In this document: positions 1 through 12,322 of the stretch, piece by piece
Position numbering within the stretch: position 1 is the first letter of the stretch
Layout: the number at the start of each line of letters is the position of its first letter
Source: Spizellomyces punctatus DAOM BR117
Lineage: Eukaryota
DNA: 64,000 nucleotides
Strand: one strand, 5' to 3'
NCBI GenBank assembly: GCA_000182565.2
Contig: KQ257453.1
Position numbers and translations under genes: made by a program
The notes under the pieces: model-generated
What the model was told of the DNA's origin: nothing
Database searches by the model: none
What the model saw: the letters and a program-made list of their open reading frames with translations, nothing else

Positions 1-1150
1 TAATCTCTTTGGCTTCATCGCTCGTTTCCTAGTTTGACAAGGGTAAGAAGGTGTGCTGATGTGGGAAATGAATATACATGGCTTACTTCGCGGGCTTTGT
101 GGCTGAGATCTTTGATATATTGGAGAGCCAGAGCGAATGCTTCGTCATTCAACTGCAAGATCATCATAAATGTTAGAACCGCTGACATCAAGTTAGGGAA
201 CGTCGCCGACCTACTTGGTGTGTGTACCACAAATTCCTCAAGATCCAAACTTGTCGGACTTTTTGAAATTTCCAGTTTTCACGGTCGGTAACGTATTGTT
301 GCAAGTATTCTACTGCCGCCTGCCGTCGTTTACTCTCACCTGGTGCAGACGGTGGAGCCACAAGCAGGGATTTGGCTTTGACCGTAGCGGGTTCTGAGAC
401 ATTTGTCTCTTCCGCCGCCCCAGGCTTCTCAGTGTTAGACTCTAGTGCACCTTCTTTTGCAAGTAGCTTTTCTCGCATTGATTGGCGCTGTTTGAGTTTT
501 TGGACGGCGGTTGGTTTGGTTTTTGGTCTTGGTGTTCGCTTTTTTCTTCGCTTCTTTTTCTTTTCAGGAGCACCCGTCGACTCGTTGTCGGGAGTCGTTG
601 TCACTTTTTGGTCGGAAGCGTCAGCAGGTATATCATCTTCGTCTTCTCCAGAACGTTTTCGCTTCTTGTCCGTTACTTTCTTATCTTCACCTTGCGCTCC
701 GGTCTCGTCTTTGTTGGATATCACCTTGTTTTCATCTGTGTCCTTCTTGTCCTCCTTCTTTCGCTTTTTCTTTATTGACTCATTCGCGTCCTGTGCATCC
801 GTACCGGTGCTCTCTTCTTTTTTTACATTGGCATTATCTGCCGCCTTTCGTTTGGACTTTCGTTTCTCCTTGCTTGAGTCAACTTCCGTCTCAGTCTCTG
901 CTTGTTCCTCGACGCTCTTTTTCTTTTTGGTCATTTCCTTTTTAGGCTTGTCAGCCTGCTCAATGGTTGTGGTATCCTCATCGGCAGCTCCGTCCTTGCT
1001 CTTCTTTTTACTTTTCTTTACTTTATCGCCATTCCCGGATTTATCCCTTTTGGTTCGCTTCTCCTTCTTTTCTGTGTCAGCGCCATCCTCAGCTTCGCAT
1101 GTGGCAGCCTTTCGTTTGGACTTGCGAGGCTTCACTTCCTCGGACGTCAT
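1..1150 (-). CDS. Lys/Glu-rich protein with C-terminal WKF domain (C7orf50-like); 3' end runs off the window
   Basis: ATG at 1150; long K/E low-complexity region, then AVEYLQQY..ENWKFQKVRQVWIL; GT-AG introns 214-153 and 86-29 join LNDEAFALALQYIKDL in frame. Confidence 0.75.
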
Positions 1151-1330
1151 GATTCCGCACCACAAAAAACCAAGTGCGACGAAGGCGAGCTACAAGCCAA
1201 AAAGAAGTCACCAATCGCAGAGGCTTAGCAATATACCCCAATATGGTTAAATTACGGGAGTGAGCGAAGTCTAACGCAAAGTCCGCTCAGCACGACATTT
1301 GTTGGTTTTGAGACATGTACACGAATAAAC

Positions 1331-2745
1331 ATGTCAGCGCTTGGCGAGGAGGATAATACCGTAAAGACATTGTCGCTGTCGTTTGGTGGCCAATATGGGC
1401 TGCCGGTAGCTAAGAGTCTTGAGCAAAGATTGGCTGAAGAGAATCCCTCGTTGCCGTCCTTTATGGTCCGACCGTCTGCACATGCTTCCCTTTCAGCTCC
1501 ACGTAATAACACCTCCCTACCATCCACAACAATGTCATCTGCAACTGTACCAACGAGGTCATGCGTACGCTTTGTGGACACTTCCCACCGGGATTTCTTT
1601 GCGTCAAAAGAATATCAAGCACACTGCGACTTTGACACTCCAAATCAAGCTGAAGGAGCGCGGTGGAGTACATTAGGGGAGTTGGCGCACCAATTAAGCT
1701 TTGCCCTCGATCTGCTCGAATTTGAGGGCGGCCGAGGGTTTGAGGCAGAGATCTTGCGAGTTGCTGTGGATGACATTATTGATGCGACGCTAGAGGATCC
1801 CGAGGTGGATGTTGATTTGGAAGTCAAGGTGCAGGCATTGCTGGACCGGACAAGGACGCTCATTGATTGTGCTATGGTAGTAAATAAGAGTACTTGCTTG
1901 ATGTGCGCATTTCCCTTGAAAACGATATGTTCCTATCCGCACAGGAGCATGGGACTTTGAACACTGCCAAAAAGCTCATGGACATTTACGGCATGGACTG
2001 GGCAACAGCACGCAAGTTGATAGAAAGTGGGATTCAGGTAGCTTTTTCATTAATGGCGGTACTTTATCATTCTCATGCTGATCTTTTTCCCTGAAAGGTC
2101 CGAGCCCTTTTGAATTCGTCTGATCCAATTGGCATGTTGCCCGAAAACTATCTTGACCCATTCCAAAATTTTGGTTTAAAGCATTTTAATCGCACGAAAC
2201 GGATGCAAGCAATCAGTCGTCAAGGTACTTTGAAAAATTCTGCTACCGATCGTCTGTCTGCCTACTAGTAGATCACTCATCCGAGAACAAGATTGCATGT
2301 CTATTCTCGAAAAGCTTCAGGCTACCCTTGCAACGTCATACCCGGAGCTGAAGATCAATCCTTGCGGCTCTTTTGCGAGAGGGTTACCAATGCTCTCCGT
2401 TATGAACATTGTCGTACCCTTGGACGTTTCTGATGCATCCATAACCGCTGAGCGGATGATGAAATTGTTTGTTGCGGATGATCTCGTTGAGGGTATGTAC
2501 CAGAGGTTTCATTGGTCACCCGGTCATTTTGCGCACAGTGTCAACAATATGGCATCCAGGTGCTTCTGTCGAGCCACTGTCAGAGAACCAATATCTTGCT
2601 CTTGTGCCGCTGCGAAATCGAGCTGTCATGTGAGGAACCTGATAACCTAGTATCTGGATGGTACCTGACTCGCTCAATCTTTATTAGCTTGGATCTAAAG
2701 GTTCTACAATTTGAAAGTCAGAACGATCACGTGCAGCGAGGATAG
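1331..2745 (+). CDS. X-family DNA polymerase (Pol beta/lambda)-like protein, predicted inactive and C-terminally truncated
   Basis: 6 exons (1331-1876, 1945-2037, 2098-2224, 2292-2492, 2539-2629, 2688-2745) splice in frame; HhH-like LMDIYGMDWATARKLIESGI; FQNFGLKHF..ISRQDCMSI..PCGSFARG is collinear with Pol beta HQRIGLKYF..IPREEM..VCGSFRRG. Confidence 0.7.
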
Positions 2746-3780
2746 CTTGAACGATTTTCCAACTCGTCGCTTCCAGAGGTGTTAAAGTGCAAAATGCTGC
2801 CATCAAACATTTGTATATCTGTATTCTAGATGGCAAGTGCCAAACTTTTTAGCAGTAGCATGCACATGTGTATAGTCCACCTTGTCCTGCAAGAGCTTCC
2901 ACACTACACAAATAATTTGGCAAAACGACTAGTCATTTCCCTTGTTGAATTCCCGTCGGCCGCAAACGCACACGCACGACAAACACATCTAAACTCTTAC
3001 GCGAGTTGCAGGCGTTTAAAAGGAAGAAACCGGGAACGACAAAAGTCTTTTGAATCCATGGCTGTGGAACTAACAAGGAGACAGGAAACTAATTTTTGTA
3101 CTCCAAAGGTTCCAAGTATAACATGTACCAGGATTGGGAAATTCGTGAAAAATTGCCAGTGACGTGGACCGGATTTTTTTTTTTTTTTTTTATTTTTGTG
3201 ACGACGACGACGACGATGGCTGGAATGCCATGGCCTCCCCATCTCGTAGGATCGTTGTCGACCTGTAACGCAAGCAATTGTGTGTTGAACGCTATAGAAG
3301 AAAAAAAAACAATTGCCAGTCGTTAAAGCCGTGGTTTGACCAATTGTTGTAACACGCGGCATCCTTTGAAGCGTCACTTGTCGTCCGTGTGCACCGGACA
3401 CTATTTACTGTGCTGATCATTGAACAGCATCCAAAGTGCACTTGACATGTTATCCATACCATGCGCTTTCTGGAATGGGCACAGTTGATACTTGGCTGGC
3501 CAAAACTAAATGTGCCAACTGGACAGCAAAAGTTCAAATGCTACAAGATATTTACTCTATCAAGAAAAAAAAAAACAAAATTGCTGCCATGCAAAAGTCT
3601 TTCAAAAAGACAAGGATATCCGTGCAAAAACAAAATCATACAGCAATTGTCTGATCATTTCTCTAAACGAGACAACATTCCTCTATTCCCTCTCTTCAGG
3701 CCCGCCAATCACATACTCCTCTTGCAGGATAATAGCGCCCACTAGGTCCCGGCGGATGGTGCGGTGCCGGTGGATACCCA

Positions 3781-5727
3781 TCATACGAAGGTTTCAGGCG
3801 TTTGGGTTGCGGGTAGTCGGGTAAAGGTCGTTGATAGGTTGGAGACGAAAACTGGTATGGCTGTTGTATGGCGGGCGGGTACCGAGTGGATGGCTGTGCC
3901 TGGATGCTGTATGTTGATGTCGGTGTGTAGGGCGCATACGTTGGGTAGTTGGATGGGCGGGGCGGAGGTTGAGGGCGGGGTTGAAAGTGATGCGTGGGTG
4001 GAAGGGTGCGTGGATCGGGTTTGCGGTGCCGCTAAAAATGGGATGTGTGAGTCAAGAACAAGGATGGGACCTCTACGTTTTTTATGCATTACCCATTCTG
4101 CGGATTCATCATGGTACGGGGGGCCTTGATATGGGCTAGGATACGGCTTCTGTTGCTCGGGCGGTGGTGGTGGTTGGCGATAGTATGCAGGTTGCGAGAC
4201 CCGCACCAAATTGGGAGGATGCATATGGCCGTTTAGTACATGCTTCTATGTGCAGGACGTTCTTGATTAAAAAAGGATCCATGTAAACCGCAACTGTGAA
4301 CTCGTCCACAAACCTTTTTAACTGCCTCCTTTTCAAGTATCATGTAAGAAATCAGCACATTGGGAGCTTGTCGTCGCAGATGCATGTCACCTTTCTACAC
4401 ACAACGGCATTAGAAAACCAGGGAAAAGATGCACAACATCCACGGACAAACTATGCCAACTTACCACCCTGCTGTAAAGTGTATCGTAGCGATGCAAGGA
4501 GGCTTCGTACGCTGCCAGCCTCGTGCCCACTTGCGGACCCACTTCCCCGGTGCGGCTAACACCCGTAGGTTGGAGAGGCTTACTGGGGGCCCTTATCGGA
4601 GTTGCAGGAGTTCGGCCAGATGACCAGTGTAGGCTCTGGGAAGGCGCTGAGGTGACTGGACGCGGAGCGGATGGAGGGTATGTAGCATTGTTTCGTTGTG
4701 CATGGTGGTAAGCGTTCAAATCGTCACAATGCGTAAGGTCGATCACGTCTGGAGATTTGTACTGGCAGTTCCGTCTTTGGTCTGCTCCGGGTGAGTACTG
4801 AAAGGGCATTATTAGGATACCGAGTGACGGAGAATGGAGAGGGCGTAAAATATGACTTACATTCGACGATGGTGTGTGTATGCAGTGGGTATCGGCATTC
4901 CGATTCGGGGTCACATGGATAGGTTGTGGAGCTGGAGGTGCAGCAGCCGGGGGTGTAAGCAGTGGAGGGCCCAGCCCTACAGGCATGATTGTGAGCGTTG
5001 CGTACAGAGATATATACAAATTGTAGACGTGGCAATGTTACCTGTAGAAATTGGATGAGGTGTGCGACCGTCGACGATGGGACGGGTGCTCTGGGGATAA
5101 AAGGGTGTTTCCCTGTCGTGTAGATGAAAGGGACGATTTTCGAAATACCGATGACTACCATTGGAGATCCGATGATTGGGAGGTTTCGTTGTTGTTGTTG
5201 GAAGGTGTCCTAGCGATTAGAAAAAAAAAGATATGATTTTAACATACAGAATTTCTTGCACAGTTTAATCAAGTTGAAAAGCTACCATGTAGTCCAATCT
5301 CTGCAGCATTTGCAGCACCTTCTCCAGGTGACGTTGCCATCTTGTTGGGCACTGCTACAGGCACTTCACGGGCGATAGACTCGGGCAAGTCTCGCGGTTT
5401 GCCTTCAGCCAACGATAAGAGTGACGTTGCAACAGCGGCCAACGTCTCCAGCGGTGAGCGCGGGGCATCGTCACCAACGACTTTTTGCACTGTACGGATG
5501 TTGACGGTGGGATCGGATTGGCTCAGGAGATGCTGCACAGAGGAGCGTTTCAGAGGTGTCAAATGAGCGAGTTCGTGCTCCTGTGATGCATGGAACGAGC
5601 GTTTGCGGTTGATAAGGAATGGATCCGAGTGCAGAGGTAAAGGTTGGTACATTGGCCGGTTGGTGCTTGTCATGGTGTGGGCGGAGAATCGATGAAGATC
5701 CTTTGCAAGAGGATCCAATCCGTCCAT
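3781..5727 (-). CDS. Uncharacterised Pro/Ser/Thr/His-rich multi-exon protein, largely disordered
   Basis: ORF 5727-5269, an exon at about 5209-5042, ORF 5019-4387, a short exon (KGDMHLRRQAPNVLISYMILEKEAVKK) and ORF 4224-3781 join in frame through GT-AG introns; 3' end uncertain. Confidence 0.55.
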
Positions 5728-6196
5728 AAGGCGTTCGTGAATATATACTCAAGGATGGCTTTTGGGGAACAGAGGAAAAGAGTTGAGCATCGTTTTGACG
5801 AAACGAATACGTGCACACGACACACACACACACGGCAGTTTTGTACCGAAAAGCCTTTAAATTGTCACATTCAATGGAATAAGCCCTTTGGTTCCTTCCC
5901 CGGCTTGCCTCCCAGCCAGAAACATATACACGAACAAAAAAAAGAAACGACCGGAGGTTTTTCTCCCTCGTCCCAAACTCCCTTTGACCTTACGACGAAA
6001 ACATGTGTCGTTCCAACCCGGGGAAACGTACCTTTTTGGTTTGTCGGTCAAGATCTCGTTTTTGTTCCAGCTCAACAAGGGGGCGGAAGGAGCAAGGGAA
6101 GGAAAAGGGGGATACCAATTGACAGCAGGAACAAAAGAAGTTTACGCGCGCGTGAGCGGATTTCTAGGTGAAAAAAAAGGTCTCCCCCCGCCAAAC

Positions 6197-6218
6197 GCAC
6201 ACACACACACACACACAC
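6197..6218. repeat. (CA)n microsatellite in a long divergent intergenic region
   Basis: cacacacacacacacacaca; a shorter CA run lies at about 5815-5832. Confidence 0.9.
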
Positions 6219-7396
6219 AAGGGCTTTTTGAACCGTTGGACTTTTCTTCCTTAAAGCCCCCAAAGAAAACGCCGCCCCTCCGGCGAGAAGAATGTGTGTG
6301 TATTCAAACGAGATGAAAATGCGCGAGCAAATTACTCAGCGGAATGCGCAGGGATGCCCCAAACCCAACCAATAAAAAGGAAATGAACAAGGACAGTGTA
6401 AGGAAGAAAGCCGGTCTTGTTGAATGGATAATGCTTATCCCTTGAAACCAAAAACGCAAAGACCCTCGTTCGTCGTCGTCCTTCAATCCTTGTGCAAAAC
6501 AACAAACGGGCCATTCAAAATCCAAAAATCCTACTTTTTTTGAACACTTTTGCGGGGGGTCATCCCACTGTCTCCCGGGGGACAAATTTCATGATCATAT
6601 TCAGGGAAAGTGGCTTATGACATCAATACGCGATTTAAGGAGCCCCAGCGGTTCCAGAACCAGATTTGTGGGAACAATGGTCCGTTGGTTGCGCAATCCC
6701 AAACAATTGGTACAACCCGGGTTTTCGGAACTCGGCCAACTTATCGGAACGGCTAACGTAAGCAAACACAGCAACGGGGGGGTGTCGCAGGCGTGACAAA
6801 AAGTGTTGGCTTTTGTCCTTCCCCCAGGTCCGGTGCGTGTTGTTACAGAGGTGCTCGAGAGTCGAACAAGCAACAAGGCCCCATCACACGAGAAAAGGGG
6901 AAATGGGCCTGAACGCTCTGAAAGCCCGAGCAAAACGTTTACCAACCGATGAGTTTTGAACACTCGGGTGACAAACAAAGGGCTTGAATAATTGCCTCAT
7001 ACACATCTTGACCTCATCCAAAGGAACAAAAACAGTTTTATAACACAAAAGGAACAGGCACTGAATTCATCAAAATCTCTTGATATTGTAGTAGTAATCT
7101 TTCATCACCAGAAAGGGATCGTTTAACAAAGGAGGCGTTTATGGAAAGCATATGCCAATCACAGCTCCCAATGCATCCAAAATGGGTTTCAAAGTTTCTA
7201 AAAATAGTTGTTGCAAATGACCCAAAAAAAAACAGGCAACCGCAGAAACCCATATAGATATTCAAAATTGGGGACAAGAAGCAACAAGTTTTTCTTACTC
7301 TGATTTTTGGTGGCTCACATAACTACGCCCTGGAAACTTTAACCACGTTTCGAACCTATAGTTGTCGTTGTGTTTTTTTGTTAACAATCAGCATCA

Positions 7397-9160
7397 ATGG
7401 CCATGCTTTTGGCTCAACGATCCGTTGGCCTTTCGGAGGGATGGCAGCAGCAGCAGCAACAAGGTAAACTTTTGTAACGCATGACAGCACAAACCGACGT
7501 GTTTGACTAACGTTTCACCAACTGTGGTCTCTCGTAAAAGATACCGAGCAGTTGGATGTCGTCGATGACGAGGGCACAGTCGATGACAGTGAGACAGAAT
7601 CAGTATTAGCGATAAATGACGACGATGTAGATCAATTGAGTGAAGAGGAGCTCCGTCGGAAACTAAAAGAGTCCCTGGCGGTTTTACGGGAGAAGGAACG
7701 AGGTGGGTTATTTCAGGGTGTTTTTTAAACCCCCGCGAAATGGGCTTGTTACAAAAGGTAAAACAAAAACGATAACTAATCTCCTCGAATTGGGTGTTCT
7801 AGATTTGACGATTGCGGCGGAAGTGGGTCAGCATCTCCTTGAAGCCCATGCTGCGCTCCGCGAAGCCTACGATAATTACCTCAACGACACATCCCGTAAA
7901 TCGGTAACTCGCCCCCCAACACTCAGCCGATCCAACTCGACACCTTCAGCCCTCAATTCCCGTGTACCATCCTTTGACGTCCTTACACCAGATACCAAGC
8001 GTCAAAAAATCAATGATTTTGTCAAATCGTGCGAAAACCTGTTTGCGTCCTCGGAGGTGTTGTTTGCGTCGCAGAAACTCAAGCCGCGACGAAAAAGACA
8101 AAATGACTGGGGCCCGTCACTGGATTACCTTGCTGGGTCGTCCTCCTTGGCGAAATCTATGGAGCTTCTTTCCGGGTTAAAGAATAACCTTCGGAAAGAC
8201 TCTTCATTGCGCTCGGTGGGGAGCCAAGGCAATGGATCAGGCGCAGACTTGTCCGGCTATGTTTCAACCCTCGAAAAACAAGCCCAAGAGTATCAAGCGC
8301 AGATTGCAAACTTGACGGCTGAAATTAAAGATTTGACCATTGCACGGACCAAAGAAGCCGAACGGTATGCCCTTCATATGGATGAAACTCGTGCGGAACT
8401 TGGAAAGGCCAACGACAAGGTTGAATCACTCTTGTTGACGAATCGCGATCTTCGTCGACAAATTCGAGACAATAGCAAAGAGCACACATCATTGGAGTTA
8501 CAAGACCAAGCGCTCATTGATACCCTTACCAAGAAGCTTCGCGAAACTGAAGAAGCATATCAAAAACTCTTGCAAGAAAAGCAAAACGCCGATAATAATC
8601 TCGACCAAATCGTCTCTGAAGCTCGACGCCTACAAACCCTCGTCAATCAACTTGAACGACAAGTTGGAGATCAAGCAGACATTAAAACCGTATGCGAACA
8701 TCAACAAACCCTCATCAACGAGCTCCAAGAGCAACTGGAGGAAGTCCGAGGAACCTATACTGTAGAACGGGCTGAATGGGAAGGAAGAACCCAACCCCGC
8801 GGCATTGGATCCGAACCACAAAACCAAGTTCCCGAACAAAAGAGCCTTCACGACATTCTTCGTTCTGTCCCTAAACCCCTCCCAACCATGACAACCGAAC
8901 CAACCGCTCCATCCACCCCATCCGCTCGTCGGGTCTCGGCCACAGCGGCGGCAGTCGGTGTCCTCATGCGATCAGAACCCAATCCACAACGCATTGTGCA
9001 TCGTCCATCCCTAGCAGATGTTGCACAACCAAATAGTTCGGCTTTGTTGTTTAATTTAATGTGGGGATACGTTCGAGGGGTTATGGGGCGGAGAGGAGAA
9101 GAGGAAGAGGCGGTCTGGAATGCTGTTGTGGGCGGCAGTGGAGTGTTTGGGTGCATCTAA
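7397..9160 (+). CDS. Coiled-coil protein with HAP1/TRAK-like N-terminal motif (CC1 box)
   Basis: Exons about 7397-7463, 7541-7702 and 7803-9160 give LREKERDLTIAAEVGQHLLE, followed by long heptad-rich segments. Confidence 0.7.
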
Positions 9161-10540
9161 AAAATGGCTTCTACATGTGTGTGTGTGTGTATTCATATCA
9201 TTCTTTTTTTGAATATTTTATTTTTTTTGGTTTTTTGTTTACCCAGATACATGCATATAATGACAATAGTTGCATCAAAAGGGATAGCGCAACTATTTCA
9301 TTTTATCCTCATCATTTTGCGATAAGTTCCGCCATTGCTCCATATCTGCCATTTGCTCCATATCGATGATTCAGTGAACAATAGTTGAAAGACAAAACCC
9401 CGCTCCATAACGCGCGAAAGGGCAAACGCATTGTCCAAGGCATGTTCCAAGGGTGGACATTTTTGGGGGTTCGTTTTTCGTTTCCTTGGGTCCAACTATT
9501 TGCATTTTCGATGGGTTTCTTTTTTGGCGGGGTAGGCTTTTTGTTATTACTCCTTTAATCCTATTTAGAGAACTGATTGCTTAATCATTCCCGCTCGAGT
9601 TACCCGTTTGTGAGTTGTTTTTTGGGTCTGATGCCAAATGTTTCCCCATTATAAAACTTGTTTTGTTTTTTATTTTATCGCTGGAATTTGGTGCGTTTTG
9701 TCATCGTCTCCTTCTACCATTTGATCTTGGAGGCCCCTGCCCAAGAGGGCTGAGAAGCGGGTGTTCGATCGGTAAGTATGTCTTTTTGCAAGTACCAAAG
9801 CGTTACCATGTAAAACATGCTGGATATACAATTACACGGGCAGATGGATAGAAAAAAAGCAGGTACGGAAAGTGTCATTGTCGATCACATTCCGCCAAAG
9901 ACACACCCGCCCGGAAGTGGTTCCTAGCTTCCCGCTACAGTGCCTGACACTAGCTACCCGCCCGTACCGCCCGCCAAAGGTACTGGTAGAACATGTGTAT
10001 GAAGCCTAGTTCCCTGATGGATTCCTCACTACAAGAGACACTTGAGATACTGCGGGGAAGCATGCCCCCAAGATCAAGTCTCTATCGCTATGACTGATAC
10101 AAGTTTTGGGACGGTTTGATCTGTTTGCGGTGAGCGTAGATTTTATGCCAAATGCATGGTATAAGCATGGTAAGGAGGGCCGTTTGTTAATATCACAAGC
10201 AATAATAATTACACGGCACCATGGTACTCGTGTAGCATAAAACTAGGTTATGCCACCTTCCTGGTTTGTTTTTTCCGTTGATATCCATGGTTCAGATAGA
10301 TTTTGGCACAAATGACATGGCCGTGGTGATGGTTAACGCCAAATAACCATAATGACAAGAAAAAAGTGTGCACATCGAAAGTAAAGCCAGCGGACAAACC
10401 GTGCGTTCGATTGCATGCCCAAAGGTCGACTTAAGCCAATGACCAGGTTCAACATGGCAACCGCGCCTAGTTACCGTTAAGGATGCTCACTTGACGAGTT
10501 CGCCCTTTGGTAGATTGCGCACAAACACTTTCCTCATGGG

Positions 10541-11423
10541 ATGCCGCTCCCAGGAACGCATCTCGCCCTCGTGGGCACAATATCACTTACCCTTCCCTCC
10601 CTCATATCCATCTACCACACCAACCTTGGCCTCTCATCCCCTCTAATACCGTTCAGCCGAATATACGACACGTTGCATTTCACCTACCAACCCCGCCCAA
10701 AATTCAAGCTCTTGTCACGAAAAGAATCGATAGTGGGGCACTTGTTTCACCATGTTGATATTGCGTGAGTGTGTTGAATGATTTTTTTTGTAATAGTCTC
10801 TTTCTAATACGCTTATGAAAAGTCACTGGTTTGGAAATACCTACGCGATACTTTCCTCTGGATACTTTCTCGACCTTGGGCTTATCAAAACCCTCGTACT
10901 GATCATTGGGGGCGGCGTGACGGGGGCGGTGACGCATATATTGGAATGGACTATCAAGACAGGACCGATACCTATCCCTCTCGTACAATCAGAGCCAGAG
11001 CCTACATCGCTCTTGTCTGATATTGTGACGGATGCTCAAAACCTATTTACGTCTATTTTTACGACGACGGCCCCAGCTCCATTACGTACTCCTGAGCGGC
11101 TCCTTCCGCCGTCCACCTACTCGCTTTGTGGTGCAAGTGCCGCAGCGTATGCGCTAACAGGAGCTGAGATTGCGGCGATATTATGGGCAGTCAAAGAAGC
11201 ATGGGGACGGAAAGGGAGGTCACGGATAGGCGACCGAGATCGAGTCAGGAAACTAATTGTGGTTGCGCTTGGGAGACTGGTGGCCGTTGTTGCGCAAGTC
11301 GTGGCAAGCATGGAGCCTGGACGACGGGATGGACCGCTTATTATTGGTCATGGTGCACATTTGGGTGGATTTCTGTTTGGATTCATTGTAATGGGATTTT
11401 GGCAGGCCAGGCGATGGATTTGA
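10541..11423 (+). CDS. Rhomboid-family intramembrane serine protease
   Basis: Intron about 10765-10822 joins HLFHHVDIA to HWFGN (HxxxN motif); catalytic GAS in LCGASAA; catalytic His in GHGAHLGGFLFG. Confidence 0.85.
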
Positions 11424-11582
11424 AGGGACATTACATAGAGATGAGAAAGTTAGCATTTGGATAAGAAGCGACTCAACCTTACTTTGAGCTTGAACCATTG
11501 GACTAGCAGCATAGCGAGTCTAAAGTCACGGGGATTCCAAAGTCGCGGGTATGGATCACGGGATCCGCGTATGTAATCAATG

Positions 11583-11642
11583 TGACGTCAGAGTCATCGA
11601 CCGCGTCATTCTGAGATGATTCGACTGCGACAGGATATAAAA
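11583..11642 (+). promoter_or_regulatory. CRE (TGACGTCA) and TATA box upstream of the small hydrophilic protein gene
   Basis: TGACGTCA at 11583-11590; TATAAAA at about 11636-11642; ATG at 11685. Confidence 0.45.
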
Positions 11643-11684
11643 TGGGCTTTCGTTTGAGCCATTTCCTTTCAAAAACCTAAAGAC

Positions 11685-12065
11685 ATGCTTTCAGGAGCCA
11701 GACCATTGAGATCCTTGCTACGCACACCAACACATCCATTCCGAGCAGTTCGCACCATGTCATCCGCCAACGCATCTGGAGGCAAACAAGCCAGCGGAAA
11801 GCCTCAAGGTGTCTCACACAATGTAGGAGGCAACACGGACATCAATGCCGAATCGGGTGGAACGAAATCTGTCAAGGGTTCTGACCCGGCAGCTAAACAA
11901 GCGCATACCACCACGACTTCTGAAAAGCATTGGGGGACGACGCAAAAGTATCAGACAGAGGAAGAAGCGTACTCTGATCAGTATGGCAGAGCTGGAGGCA
12001 AGGGAGGGCAGAATGACAAGAACAACAAGGAAGAGCCAGACCCGACAAAACTTGTTGATGCTTGA
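11685..12065 (+). CDS. Small hydrophilic protein with probable mitochondrial presequence
   Basis: Intronless 126 aa; Arg/Leu-rich acid-free N-terminus (MLSGARPLRSLLRTPTHPFRAVRTMSS), then G/K/T/E-rich body. Confidence 0.65.
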   Translation: MLSGARPLRSLLRTPTHPFRAVRTMSSANASGGKQASGKPQGVSHNVGGNTDINAESGGTKSVKGSDPAAKQAHTTTTSEKHWGTTQKYQTEEEAYSDQYGRAGGKGGQNDKNNKEEPDPTKLVDA

Positions 12066-12322
12066 AAATTCTTTGTAAAATGGGTGTATAATATACCAAG
12101 ATGGATTTCTTTTCCAACAAGCGGGCTTTGATTCAAACGCATGCGTTTTTCCATTTACGGCTTGGAACGATCGAATGGTCTGTTACAATCTGGCCATTCC
12201 AATTCCCCTCGTGGGGGCAAAGAGTAGAATGAGCTCTTCCCTTGCTTGTTAAATGGCCCGTTTGTTGTTGGTTAACAAAACGAACAGTTGCCATGGGTCT
12301 AAAGACGCATTCTCGCAGTTTG

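Noticed and set aside
372-1250. 292-aa plus-strand ORF rich in Phe/Ser/Leu
   Set aside because: Antisense shadow of the Lys/Glu-rich WKF-domain gene
5644-7277. Several ORFs in the long intergenic region
   Set aside because: Built from homopolymer and microsatellite sequence; no coherent splice structure or domain
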